From Candidatus Zixiibacteriota bacterium (GTDB lineage: Bacteria; Zixibacteria; MSB-5A5; WJJR01), in the NCBI GenBank assembly GCA_036170655.1, contig JAVHPP010000172.1:1-25753 (forward strand): DNA of 25,753 nucleotides, given 5' to 3'. The notes under the pieces were generated by a model. The model was not told where the DNA came from. It worked only from the letters and a program-made list of their open reading frames with translations, and ran no database searches. Within the stretch, counting starts at the first letter, position 1, and each line of letters begins with the position of its first letter. Position numbers and translations under genes: made by a program. Shown here piece after piece: positions 1-10,579 of the stretch.

Positions 1-12
1 TTTGGTGGAGGA

Positions 13-45
13 CAAAAAAAGGCTCGGCAAGAGCCTCGCCCTCCC
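13..45 (-). terminator. Intrinsic terminator downstream of lepB, formed from a REP-like palindrome
   Basis: Minus strand reads GGGAGGGCGAGGCTC-TTGCC-GAGCC-TTTTTTTG: a GC stem followed by a 7-U tract, about 120 nt after the lepB stop. Confidence 0.65.
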
Positions 46-166
46 GAAAAGAAGGAGTACATTCCCTCCGTCGCATTCCGTGCGGAATGTTCTTGCAACA
101 CTTCCGAAGCGGGGTTCTTCGACCGAAACGCAGCCGTTTCTGCATCGGCGCATCAGCCGGCCATTC

Positions 167-901
167 TTACCGGATCACCATGCCCAAGCGATTCCAGCGG
201 GCACGACCGGCAAAATGCGCCACGTTGTAGGCAAAGGCATTCACCATGGCAACCGGATTTGTCCAGCGCCACGCGGGCGCGTGGACATCCGTGCCCCAAG
301 ACCAGTGGATGACCATCGCCTTACCCTGAATCAGGTCAGCGGGGACCGGCCCCCAAAAACGCGAATCGTAGGAGTTGTCCCGGTTGTCTCCCATCATGAA
401 GAACGTCCCTTCGGGAACCTTGTAGGGACCAAAGTTGTCACGCTGACTTCGTGACGCGGGTTCGATCTGGTCATCAGATGTAAACTTGCCGGTGGAGGGC
501 AATGGCGTCAACTGGCCGTCGATATAGAGCCGCTTACTGCGAATTTCGACCGTTTGCCCCCCGATAGCCACGCACCGTTTGATGTAATTCACCGAGGGAT
601 CCTTGGGAAACTTGAAGATGACAACGTCGCCGGGACGCGGGTCACGAATCTTGGGCAGACGATAGTCGATCAGCGGCAGGTGCGAGCCATAGAGAAACTT
701 GTTGGCCAGCAGAAAATCCCCCACCAGCAGGGTATCCTCCATCGACCCTGAGGGAATCTTGTACGCCTCGACAATCGATGTCTTGATGACGATGGCCAGA
801 ATCAGGGCGATGGCCAGTGACTTTGTGTATTCCCAGAGAGTGCGTGTGAACGAGGTTCTTTCCACGCTTTCGTTCTGCTGGCCTTCATGTCTCTTGCTCA
901 A
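167..901 (-). CDS. lepB: Signal peptidase I
   Basis: N-terminal TM segment, catalytic Ser box IPSGSMEDTL, Lys box YIKRCVA, box E GDNRDNSYDSRFWG. Start placed at TTG 901 (GGGGGT upstream); ATG 928 is an alternative. Confidence 0.95.
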   Translation of the reverse strand: MSKRHEGQQNESVERTSFTRTLWEYTKSLAIALILAIVIKTSIVEAYKIPSGSMEDTLLVGDFLLANKFLYGSHLPLIDYRLPKIRDPRPGDVVIFKFPKDPSVNYIKRCVAIGGQTVEIRSKRLYIDGQLTPLPSTGKFTSDDQIEPASRSQRDNFGPYKVPEGTFFMMGDNRDNSYDSRFWGPVPADLIQGKAMVIHWSWGTDVHAPAWRWTNPVAMVNAFAYNVAHFAGRARWNRLGMVIR

Positions 902-979
902 AATATGACCCCCAGGGCTCAGCCCCATAGTCGCTGATCATTTCTAATATACGCACATCACACGGGAAAGTTCATGGGC

Positions 980-2044
980 TCATCCCTTGAAGAATCGCAA
1001 GACGTCGTGATAGGTGACAGTGACAATCAGCAGCAGGAGCAGGGCCAGCCCCACCTGTTGCGCTATGGCACGCTGCTTAATCGAAAGAGGCTTCCCCCGC
1101 ATCTTTTCGATGGCCAGGAACGCCAGGTGTCCGCCATCGAGAATCGGGACCGGGAGAACGTTGAGGATGGCAAGGTTGAGCGAGAGGATGGCCATGAAAT
1201 TCAAGAGAACAGCCCACCCCTCTTTGGCCACACGTCCGGCAATCTGCGCGATGCCCACCGGCCCGGACACATTGTCAATGGAGACATGTCCGGTGAACAG
1301 GCCGCCGAGGAAACCCACCATCTCCCGGCAAAAGTCGAATGTCTGAGTGAATCCGCCGACAACCGCCTGAGGGAAACTCAGCCGTTCCGTCAGATACCCC
1401 ATGCCGATTCCAATCAACCCAATGACCGTGTCGGCGCCTTCAGTTGTCTTCACAGTGTCGACCAATGTCCGGAGGCGCGCCGAGTAAAGGTCGTCGCCAC
1501 GACGCCAGAGAACCTCGACCGTATCCCCTGGACGGTCATGGACCAGATGGGCCATTTGGTCAAACTTCTCCACCCGCTGATGGTCAACCGCGACGATGAC
1601 GTCGCCGGACTGCACCCCGACTTTTTCTGCAGGACTGTCCGCCATGACCGAACCAACGATGACATGGGCCGGATCAGGCACATCTCGGCCATGAAGCCAG
1701 AAGATTCCGATGAAAACGAGGAGAGCAGCCACAAAGTTCATGCCCGGTCCGGCGAGAATGACCAAGGTCCTGGCACCGACGGATTTCGACATGAACTCGC
1801 GCGGGTCACCCGTCGTTGTTTCGTCCGGGTTTTCTCCGGCCATCTTGACATATCCCCCCAACGGTATCCACGAGATGCAATACTCCGTCTCGCCAACCGT
1901 TTTGCCAATCAGCTTGGGGGGAAAGCCAAGAGAGAAACGCTCGACCTTGATGCCGGCCCACTTCGCCACAAGGAAATGGCCCAACTCGTGGACGAAGATG
2001 AGCGCTCCCAGTACGAAGATAGTCGCCAGAACAGTCGTCGTCAA
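980..2044 (-). CDS. rseP: RIP metalloprotease RseP (site-2 protease, one PDZ domain)
   Basis: HELGH zinc motif, IPLGGYVKM, AGPGMN, PDZ segment (DSPAEKVGVQSGDVIVAVD), NVLPVPILDGGH; directly downstream of dxr. Confidence 0.96.
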   Translation of the reverse strand: MTTTVLATIFVLGALIFVHELGHFLVAKWAGIKVERFSLGFPPKLIGKTVGETEYCISWIPLGGYVKMAGENPDETTTGDPREFMSKSVGARTLVILAGPGMNFVAALLVFIGIFWLHGRDVPDPAHVIVGSVMADSPAEKVGVQSGDVIVAVDHQRVEKFDQMAHLVHDRPGDTVEVLWRRGDDLYSARLRTLVDTVKTTEGADTVIGLIGIGMGYLTERLSFPQAVVGGFTQTFDFCREMVGFLGGLFTGHVSIDNVSGPVGIAQIAGRVAKEGWAVLLNFMAILSLNLAILNVLPVPILDGGHLAFLAIEKMRGKPLSIKQRAIAQQVGLALLLLLIVTVTYHDVLRFFKG

Positions 2045-2056
2045 ATCTGCAACTCC

Positions 2057-3235
2057 CTAACAGGCCGTTAGCGCGTGCTCAAGACGCTGGTCAACGAACT
2101 CCCGCGCCCAACGGTCCGCGGCCTCGATATCGTCGACATCCGGAGCCAACACCACATTATGTGTGTCCAAGGCTTCCTCGACCAGTCCAATAATTCGCGG
2201 AAAACGGATTTGTTCACCTAAGAAAGCTGATACAGCCACTTCATCGGCGGCATTGAGAACGGCGCACGCTGTGGGACCCATCTCCAGCGCCCGACGCGCC
2301 AGTGCGAGCGCCGGGCAGCGGTCTGGATCAGGCCGCGAAAACTCGAGGGAGCCGACGCCGCACAGATCGAAGGGACGAACGCTGGCATTTCCGGCAACAC
2401 GGTGAGGTGCAAAGAGGGCATACGTGATCGGCAACGTCATGTCGGGGGGACCAAGCTGGGCGATCACCGAGCCATCGACAAACTCGACCATGGAATGGAC
2501 CACTGATTGCGGATGGATGACCACGTCGATCTTCGCGGAATCGAGGCCAAAGAGCCAAGAGGCCTCGATGATTTCGAATCCCTTGTTCATCATCGTGGCG
2601 GAATCAATGGTGATGCGTGGTCCCATGCGCCAGGTCGGATGGGCGAGTGCCTCTTGCACCGTGATGGCGCCGAATGATGGCAGGGGACGTGTGCGGAACG
2701 GCCCACCGGACGCAGTCAGCGTGATCCCGCGCAACTCCCGACCCTCCCCCGCTCGTAAACATTGCCAGATGGCGGAATGTTCCGAATCTATTGGCGCAAT
2801 GGTGACTCCGCGCGCACGCGCGTGGGGCATGACAATCGACCCGGCGGCGACAAGTGTTTCCTTATTGGCTAAGGCGATATTCTTGCCAGCATCGATGGCC
2901 GCCAAGGTTGGACGCATCCCGGCAAAACCGACAATGGCGACGACAACTGTCTGCACTGATGGCCACCCGGCCGCCTCCGTCAAACTCTCGTTCCCGAGAA
3001 GAATCCTGCCCCTGTACCCGGACAGAGCCGAGCGAAGGGCCTGGCCCTGGTTCGCATCGCATAGCGCGACCACATCGGGCTGGTATCGCAACGCCTGTGC
3101 CGCCAGACGTTCAACATTCCGCGACGCCGTTAGCGCCCCGACGCGCAGACGGTCAGGGAATCGATCGACGACGGCAAGCGTGCTCTGCCCGATCGATCCG
3201 GTTGAACCCAATATGCCGATGGTCAGTTGTTCCAT
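2057..3235 (-). CDS. dxr: 1-deoxy-D-xylulose-5-phosphate reductoisomerase (MEP pathway)
   Basis: GSTGSIG, ALANKE, PIDSEHSAI, LTASGGPF, HPTWRMGPRITIDSATMMNKGFE motifs. Start placed at ATG 3235 (MEQLTIGILG); the upstream ORF extension runs into a repeat element. Confidence 0.97.
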   Translation of the reverse strand: MEQLTIGILGSTGSIGQSTLAVVDRFPDRLRVGALTASRNVERLAAQALRYQPDVVALCDANQGQALRSALSGYRGRILLGNESLTEAAGWPSVQTVVVAIVGFAGMRPTLAAIDAGKNIALANKETLVAAGSIVMPHARARGVTIAPIDSEHSAIWQCLRAGEGRELRGITLTASGGPFRTRPLPSFGAITVQEALAHPTWRMGPRITIDSATMMNKGFEIIEASWLFGLDSAKIDVVIHPQSVVHSMVEFVDGSVIAQLGPPDMTLPITYALFAPHRVAGNASVRPFDLCGVGSLEFSRPDPDRCPALALARRALEMGPTACAVLNAADEVAVSAFLGEQIRFPRIIGLVEEALDTHNVVLAPDVDDIEAADRWAREFVDQRLEHALTAC

Positions 3236-3249
3236 AATCGAACAGGATT

Positions 3250-3379
3250 GTTGAAAAAAACATCCAATCGTCATTCCCGCGAACGCGGGAATCCATTTTC
3301 GCCTTCGCCTCTCCCAGTGGACCCCCGCTTCCGTGGAGGTGACATCTCGAGGTGTCGGCCGCTCATTAGGTTTTTCAAC
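3250..3379. repeat. Composite palindromic element: CGTC-type REP pair nested inside GTTGAAAAA/TTTTTCAAC inverted ends (MITE-like)
   Basis: GTTGAAAAA 3250-3258 and TTTTTCAAC 3371-3379 are exact inverted repeats. Inside lie CGTCATTCCCGCGAACGCGGGAATCCA (3269-3295) and a degenerate inverted copy TGGACCCCCGCTTCCGTGGAGGTGAC (3318-3343). Confidence 0.75.
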
Positions 3380-3464
3380 TTACTCCAAATGACGGAGGCA
3401 GTGCCTTTATCCATAACTCCACGATATTCTGGTTGATCGCGCCGCTCTGGCCTTGACCATCCCC

Positions 3465-3502
3465 AACAAGAAGGCGTCCCGACCGGGAACGATCGGGACG
3501 CC
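3465..3502 (-). terminator. Intrinsic terminator after the cyclophilin gene
   Basis: Near-perfect 13-bp stem GGCGTCCCGACCG / CGATCGGGACGCC (3473-3502) followed by TTCTTGTT on the minus strand. Confidence 0.7.
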
Positions 3503-3524
3503 CGGCCATCATACAGAGGACGGA

Positions 3525-4472
3525 CTAATTTCCCTTTTCGACGTACACCTTGGTCATGTACACCGGTTCAACGGGACGTTCTGCCTGCGTCTTCACTTTC
3601 TCAATCTTGTGGGCGACATCCAGTCCCTCAATGACTTTTCCGAAGACGGTATACTTGTTGTCGAGAGATGCCAGCCGTCCGAGGCAGATGAAGAATTGCG
3701 ACCCGGCGGAATTGACATCCGGCGCACGCGCCATCGAGAGGATCCCGTCCTCATGGGGCTTGTTGGAAAACTCTGCCGGCACAGTGTATCCGGGGCCACC
3801 CGTGCCATTGCCGAGCGGGTCACCACCCTGGATCACAAATCCGGGCATCACACGGTGGAATATCAGAGAATCGTAGAACTTCTTGTTGACGAGGTACACG
3901 AAGCTCTGGCAGTGTTTGGGAGCGACATCGGGCCACAACTCAATGACCATTTTCCCCATGGTCGTCTCCATGACGATCTTGGGCTTCTCGCCTTTGGCAA
4001 ATGAGATCGACTTGTATGGGGCCTTGGGATCGACTGCTTCAGTCGTTGGCTTGGCTGGCGCGGCCGACTTCGCTTTTGCCTTGCTGGTGTCAGGCTTGGT
4101 TGTTGTCATGGCTGGTTTGGCTCCCGCCTTGCTTGAGTCATGCTTCGTGGTTGTCGCGGCCGGTTTAGCTCCCGCCTTGGTTGTATCGGGTTTCGCGGTC
4201 GTGGCGGCCGGTGTCGGTGGCGGCGTGATCTTCTTCGTCGTATCAACCGGTTGGCCTGTTGCCGGACTGGACTTGGTCGTATCCATGGCCGCTGGTGTGG
4301 CCTGCGGCGGCGGCGCAGGCGTCACCTTCTTGGTCGTATCGGGGACCGCTTGTGTGGTGTCCTTCAGAGAATCCGCTGCCATCGCCATCCCTTTCGAGAT
4401 GAGCGCTGTGCCACTGAATCCCGTCAGGATAAAGGTCAGTGCAATCGCTAATGCCAACTGTTTTCTCATCAT
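3525..4472 (-). CDS. Secreted/periplasmic cyclophilin-type peptidyl-prolyl cis-trans isomerase with long Pro/Thr/Ala/Lys-rich N-terminal stalk
   Basis: C-terminal cyclophilin motifs FHRVMPGFVIQGGDP.G.GTGGPGY, GILSMAR, SAGSQFFI, LDNKYTVFGKV. Signal peptide MMRKQLALAIALTFIL...AMA. GGGAGG RBS before ATG 4472. Confidence 0.93.
   Translation of the reverse strand: MMRKQLALAIALTFILTGFSGTALISKGMAMAADSLKDTTQAVPDTTKKVTPAPPPQATPAAMDTTKSSPATGQPVDTTKKITPPPTPAATTAKPDTTKAGAKPAATTTKHDSSKAGAKPAMTTTKPDTSKAKAKSAAPAKPTTEAVDPKAPYKSISFAKGEKPKIVMETTMGKMVIELWPDVAPKHCQSFVYLVNKKFYDSLIFHRVMPGFVIQGGDPLGNGTGGPGYTVPAEFSNKPHEDGILSMARAPDVNSAGSQFFICLGRLASLDNKYTVFGKVIEGLDVAHKIEKVKTQAERPVEPVYMTKVYVEKGN
4080..4210 (-). repeat. 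In-frame 48-bp tandem repeat (16 aa unit, about 2.7 copies) in the cyclophilin stalk
   Basis: GGTTT(G/A)GCTCCCGCCTTG at 4114 and 4162 (period 48). Protein units KPDTTKAGAKPAATTT / KHDSSKAGAKPAMTTT / KPDTSKAKAK. Confidence 0.85.
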
Positions 4473-4510
4473 GCTTTTCCTCCCTGAGAACTTACCCGGT
4501 CGAGGGCGCC

Positions 4511-4539
4511 AATAAAGCCCTCTTGGCATGTACGCGCAA
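4511..4539 (-). promoter_or_regulatory. Possible sigma70-type promoter of the cyclophilin gene
   Basis: TTGCGC-17 bp-TTTATT, located between the gdh terminator and the RBS. Confidence 0.35.
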
Positions 4540-4583
4540 GGCAAAATTCGTCACACCAGAACAGTTATACACACGACACCCAG

Positions 4584-4617
4584 AAAAAAGCCCGGGGCTG
4601 GAATTTCAGCCCCGGGC
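4584..4617 (-). terminator. Intrinsic terminator after gdh
   Basis: Perfect 11-bp stem GCCCGGGGCTG / CAGCCCCGGGC followed by TTTTTT on the minus strand. Confidence 0.9.
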
Positions 4618-4640
4618 CTGAAGTTGAACAAGCGACCAGA

Positions 4641-5945
4641 TTAGGAGACCCAGCCGCGCAGTTTCATGGCTTCGGCGACACGCGCCACGGCCACAAGATA
4701 CGCCGCTGTCCGCATGTGCACCTTATGCTTCTTGGACATTTCGTAAACATTGTGGAACGCCTTCGTCATCTTCTGGTCAAGGGCTTTGTACACGTCGGCC
4801 TCTTCCCAGTAGTAATTGTAGGCGTTTTGCACACACTCGAAATAAGACACCGTGACGCCGCCCGCGTTGCAGAGGAAATCCGGGATTACGAACACGCCGT
4901 TCTTGTACAGAATCTCATCGGCTTCCGGGGTGGTCGGTCCATTGGCGGCTTCTGCCAATATCTTCGCACGAACATTGGCCGCATTTTTCTGGGTGATCAT
5001 ATTCTCCAGCGCCGCCGGACAGAGGACATCGACTGGTAGCTCAAGGATATCCTCGTTCGAGAGTGCCTTGGTGCCGGGAAATCCCGTGACCGAACCGGTC
5101 CGCTGTTTGTGCGCCAGAATCGCATCGGCGTCCAAACCCTTCTCGTTGATGATGCCGCCGCGCGAATCGGTCACAGCGATGACCTTCGATCCCATCATCT
5201 CTTTCATCAGCTTGGCAACAAAATACCCGGCGTTACCGAACCCCTGGACAGCCACTGTCGCTTTGGCTAGATCAATTTTCAGCAACTTGGCGGCTTCACG
5301 AATCGTGTAGACAACCCCGCGGGCGGTGGCATCGCCCCGTCCGGCGGAACCACCAAGGGCCAATGGCTTTCCCGTTATAACGCCGAAGTCATTGTACCCC
5401 TTTATCTTGGAGTACTCGTCCATCATCCAAGCCATGATCTGCGGCGTGGTATAAACGTCGGGGGCAGGAATGTCTTTTTCTGGTCCGATGATCCGGCCGA
5501 CCTGCCCGATGTAGGCACGGGCGAGCCGTTCGAGTTCGGTCATCGACAGTTCCTTGGTGTTGCAGATGACGCCGCCCTTGCTGCCGCCAAGGGGAATATC
5601 AACGACTGCACACTTCCACGTCATCCACGCCCCCAGCGCCCGGACGGTATCGATCGTTTCGTCCGGGTGGAAGCGAATACCACCCTTGCACGGACCACGC
5701 GCATCGTTGTACTGCACCCGGAACCCATGGAAGACACGTGTCGTGCCGTCGTCCATGCGAACTGGGAAATGAATGTGGAGTTCACGTGCAGGCCAGCGTA
5801 GTGCCTGGTGCGTGGCCTTGTCGAGCTTGAGGATTTTTGCTGCCTCATCCAGTTGCCGCTGAGCAATGGCAAATGGATTCAGGTCAGCGCTGGAAGGCGT
5901 CACTTTGGCTCCCGGCGCTGGCTTTGCAGGTGTTAGGGTTGTCAC
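4641..5945 (-). CDS. gdhA: Glutamate dehydrogenase (Glu/Leu/Phe/Val dehydrogenase family)
   Basis: [41 protein letters not shown], Rossmann [26 protein letters not shown]. Start placed at GTG 5945 after an AAGGAGG RBS. Cofactor preference not determinable. Confidence 0.93.
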   Translation of the reverse strand: MTTLTPAKPAPGAKVTPSSADLNPFAIAQRQLDEAAKILKLDKATHQALRWPARELHIHFPVRMDDGTTRVFHGFRVQYNDARGPCKGGIRFHPDETIDTVRALGAWMTWKCAVVDIPLGGSKGGVICNTKELSMTELERLARAYIGQVGRIIGPEKDIPAPDVYTTPQIMAWMMDEYSKIKGYNDFGVITGKPLALGGSAGRGDATARGVVYTIREAAKLLKIDLAKATVAVQGFGNAGYFVAKLMKEMMGSKVIAVTDSRGGIINEKGLDADAILAHKQRTGSVTGFPGTKALSNEDILELPVDVLCPAALENMITQKNAANVRAKILAEAANGPTTPEADEILYKNGVFVIPDFLCNAGGVTVSYFECVQNAYNYYWEEADVYKALDQKMTKAFHNVYEMSKKHKVHMRTAAYLVAVARVAEAMKLRGWVS

Positions 5946-6059
5946 AACAGCCTCCTTGAAGTAGGTCATAGATGAATCGGTGTCGTCTCATTCATTCCCC
6001 GTATTGATACCCTATATTCATGCGGGTATCTCGTAAAAGGTCGATCCACGACGGCATCA

Positions 6060-6090
6060 TGTCAAGCAGGGGAAGTGAAGTTTTGCACAA
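6060..6090 (-). promoter_or_regulatory. TTGACA -35-like hexamer with adjacent Rex-like palindrome upstream of gdh
   Basis: TTGACA at 6065-6060 (no clean -10 at 17 bp). TTGTGCA-AAAC-TTCACTT at 6090-6073 has 3 mismatches to TTGTGAA-N4-TTCACAA. Confidence 0.35.
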
Positions 6091-6153
6091 AACAGGCGGC
6101 CACCATGCAGTTTTTGTCAGTCCCAAAGCGACAGTTCCAGCAGGGAGGACAGA

Positions 6154-6570
6154 TCATTCGTGGACAAGGGTCGTGTCAGCGATACGGATACGATTCTGCG
6201 CTCTCCGAAAGGCAGCCACCGCGCGGTCTGTGTCCAGCCCTTCCGGCTTCCCGGTGAGACGGCCTCGCGCGCGATCGAGAGCATCCAAGGCGCGCTGGCG
6301 GTGAATCTTGCTGGCCGATTCCGCCGCGTCGGCCAGAATGGTGGCGCGGTTGTGCGCAACTTCCAGAAAACCGCCGGCGACCGCCATGATCAATTCGGTG
6401 TTGCTGGAGATGTGGATCGTGATTTTACCCGGTTGCAAAGGCGTGATCAGGGGCGCATGACTGGCCATGACGCCGAGGTATCCCTGCACCCCCGGCACAA
6501 TGATCGAATCGACCTGTTCGTCGAGGATCGTCTCCTCAGGAGTTACGATGGAAAGCTGAAATTTAGCCAT
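6154..6570 (-). CDS. atpC: ATP synthase F1 epsilon subunit
   Basis: LSIVTPE, GYLGVMASHAPLITPLQPG, AVAGGFLEV, ILADAAE; last gene of the atp operon. Confidence 0.96.
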   Translation of the reverse strand: MAKFQLSIVTPEETILDEQVDSIIVPGVQGYLGVMASHAPLITPLQPGKITIHISSNTELIMAVAGGFLEVAHNRATILADAAESASKIHRQRALDALDRARGRLTGKPEGLDTDRAVAAFRRAQNRIRIADTTLVHE

Positions 6571-6590
6571 GACCCCTCAGATCCGCAACT

Positions 6591-8045
<1,455 letters not shown>

Positions 8046-8912
8046 CTATTTCAATGCTTCCGCACCGCCGACAATATCGAGCAGTTCTTTGGTAATGGCC
8101 GACTGGCGGACCTTGTTGAACTGTAGTGTCAGGGCATCGATCATTTCGCCGGCGGACGTGGTCGCTCCGCCCATGGCGATCATGCGCGCCGCGTGCTCGG
8201 CCGCGAAGGATTCCGCGACAGCGGTCTGCATCATTGTGGCCACATACCGGGGCATCAGATCCGCAAAGATCGCTGCCGGGCCGGGTTCGAAAATATAGTC
8301 GGAGCGCTGCCCGCTGTCACCGCCGCCAGACACGATGGGCAGAAACCGGTTGAACGTGATCTCCGAACGGGCCGTCGTGACAAACTTCGCATAGAGAATG
8401 AATATCGCGTCGCTCTCGCCCGAGACAAAACGCTGGGCCAGTTCGCCGGCGATTCGGCGCACACGCGCGTAATCCATGTCTCCGCCGAAATCGAGGTGAT
8501 GGGCGACAACCGGGACAGGGCGCTTCCGAAACCAGTCATAACCCCGCTTGCCCACACAAACCAGTTCGGCATTCGTCGGCGTGTAGTCTTTCAGAAACAG
8601 CGTCGCGCGGCGGATCAGATTTGCGTTGAATGAACCGCAGAGGCCGCGATCGGATGTGATGAGAACCAGCGTCGTCTTCTTCACCGGCCGTTCGGCAAAA
8701 TAAGGATGCGGCACGCTGACACCCGTCTGGGCGATGGCCGACGACAGATGGGAAAGGATCAGCTCCATTTTCTGGGCATAGGGCCGTGCCCGCTCCGCGC
8801 GCGCTTGCGCCTTGCGGAGCTTGGACGCAGCCACCATCTCCATGGCCTTGGTGATCTGCTGGGTCGATCGGACCGAGCGGATACGGCGTTTGATGTCACG
8901 CAGCGATGGCAT
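8046..8912 (-). CDS. atpG: ATP synthase F1 gamma subunit
   Basis: MPSLRDIKRRIRSV..TQQITKAMEMVAASK, TSDRGLCGSFN, EHAARMIAM, NKVRQSAITKEL. Start at ATG 8912. Confidence 0.97.
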   Translation of the reverse strand: MPSLRDIKRRIRSVRSTQQITKAMEMVAASKLRKAQARAERARPYAQKMELILSHLSSAIAQTGVSVPHPYFAERPVKKTTLVLITSDRGLCGSFNANLIRRATLFLKDYTPTNAELVCVGKRGYDWFRKRPVPVVAHHLDFGGDMDYARVRRIAGELAQRFVSGESDAIFILYAKFVTTARSEITFNRFLPIVSGGGDSGQRSDYIFEPGPAAIFADLMPRYVATMMQTAVAESFAAEHAARMIAMGGATTSAGEMIDALTLQFNKVRQSAITKELLDIVGGAEALK

Positions 8913-8962
8913 GGGATCGTCGGATTGGGAATCGCATCTAATGATGCGACACGAGGTACACT

Positions 8963-10471
8963 CTACGCCTTGAACGTCTCCTTGAACTTGATGCACGATT
9001 CCTTGAGCTGCGCATTCAGTTCATCTGTCATCTGGCCTTTGGACTTGATCGCATGTCCCACATCGGGATAGTCCTTGTGCAGGAACGCCAGGAACTCGCC
9101 CTCAAACTTGCGCACGGCAGAGACCGGCAGATCGTCGAGGTACCCATTCGTGCCGGTCCAGATGACCATCACCTGATCCTCGACGGACATCGGGACATAT
9201 TGGTCCTGCTTGAGCAGTTCAACCATGCGCTCGCCGCGCGTCAGCTGACGGCGTGTCGCCTCGTCGAGATCGGAGCCAAATTGGGCAAATGCGGCCAGCT
9301 CACGGTACTGCGCCAGATCGAGGCGCAGGCGTCCGGCGACTTTTTTCATCGCCTTGGTCTGGGCATTGCCGCCGACGCGTGACACCGAAATGCCGACATT
9401 GATCGCCGGGCGCACACCGGAATAGAACAGATCGCCTTCGAGGAAAATCTGGCCATCGGTGATCGAGATCACGTTTGTGGGAATATAGGCGGTCACATCA
9501 CCGGCCTGCGTTTCAATGATCGGGAGCGCCGTGAGCGATCCGCCGCCCTTGGCGTCATTCAGCTTGGCGGCGCGCTCCAAGAGACGTGAATGCAGATAGA
9601 AAACGTCGCCGGGGAACGCCTCGCGTCCCGGCGGGCGGCGCAGGAGCAGCGCCAATTGCCGGTAGGCGGTCGCGTGTTTGGACAGATCATCGTAGATGCA
9701 CACGACATGACGGCCGGTATGGAGAAATTCCTCCCCCATGGCCACTCCAGCATAAGGGGCAATAAATTGCAGCGGGGCAGGATCGGTCGCCGACGCCACG
9801 ACAACCGTGGTGTACTCCATCGCGCCATGCTTGCGCAGGGTCTCAACCACCTGGGCCACCGTCGATGATTTCTGGCCGACGGCGACATAAATGCAAAAGA
9901 GGTCAGTGCCTTTCTGATTGATGATCGTGTCCACGGCGATGGCCGTCTTCCCGGTTTGACGGTCGCCGATGATCAGTTCGCGCTGACCACGTCCAATGGG
10001 GATCATTGAATCGATCGCCTTGAGACCGGTCTGAACCGGTTCTTTCACGGGCTGGCGTTCCACCACAGAAGGGGCACGTCCTTCGAGGGGCCGGAATTTG
10101 TCGGTGACCACCGGACCAGCCCCGTCCAGCGGCTGCCCCAGCGGGTCGACGACACGGCCAATCAACGCATCACCGACCGGAACCGAGGCCACGCGTCCCG
10201 TCCGGCGGACGGTGTCTCCCTCCTTAATCTGCCGGTCCGAACCGAAGATCGCACAGCCGACGTTGTCCTCTTCGAGATTGAGGATCATCCCCATGATGTC
10301 GCCTGGAAAGACAACCAGTTCGGACATCATGGCATCCTCCAATCCCCACACGCGGGCGATGCCATCGCCCACCTGCAGAACAGTGCCGACCGATTCCATT
10401 TCGAGCCGGCCTTCGTACTTGTCAATCTCCCGCGCGATGATCGAGGACACTTCTTCGGGTCTCAAAGCCAT
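8963..10471 (-). CDS. atpA: ATP synthase F1 alpha subunit
   Basis: [58 protein letters not shown] 10471. Confidence 0.98.
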   Translation of the reverse strand: MALRPEEVSSIIAREIDKYEGRLEMESVGTVLQVGDGIARVWGLEDAMMSELVVFPGDIMGMILNLEEDNVGCAIFGSDRQIKEGDTVRRTGRVASVPVGDALIGRVVDPLGQPLDGAGPVVTDKFRPLEGRAPSVVERQPVKEPVQTGLKAIDSMIPIGRGQRELIIGDRQTGKTAIAVDTIINQKGTDLFCIYVAVGQKSSTVAQVVETLRKHGAMEYTTVVVASATDPAPLQFIAPYAGVAMGEEFLHTGRHVVCIYDDLSKHATAYRQLALLLRRPPGREAFPGDVFYLHSRLLERAAKLNDAKGGGSLTALPIIETQAGDVTAYIPTNVISITDGQIFLEGDLFYSGVRPAINVGISVSRVGGNAQTKAMKKVAGRLRLDLAQYRELAAFAQFGSDLDEATRRQLTRGERMVELLKQDQYVPMSVEDQVMVIWTGTNGYLDDLPVSAVRKFEGEFLAFLHKDYPDVGHAIKSKGQMTDELNAQLKESCIKFKETFKA

Positions 10472-10554
10472 TTTGTCGCTCTCCACCTACTTCATCATGA
10501 ACGTTGCTGGATTATCGATACCTGTATCTGGAGCAATTCTGACTCCGTGGCATG

Positions 10555-10579
10555 AGGGCGCACAGCTGTGCGCCCCTAC
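10555..10579 (-). repeat. Single GTAG-family REP in the atpH-atpA spacer
   Basis: Minus strand GTAG-GGGCGCACAG|CTGTGCGCCC: a GTAG tag followed by a perfect 20-bp palindrome (10556-10575). Confidence 0.8.

Noticed and set aside
974..2071. 365-aa plus-strand ORF
   Set aside because: Antisense shadow of rseP with no recognisable motifs; expected from high-GC codon bias.
3883..4515. Hydrophobic-looking 210-aa plus-strand ORF
   Set aside because: Val/Gly/Ala richness is simply the reverse complement of the Thr/Pro/Ala cyclophilin stalk.
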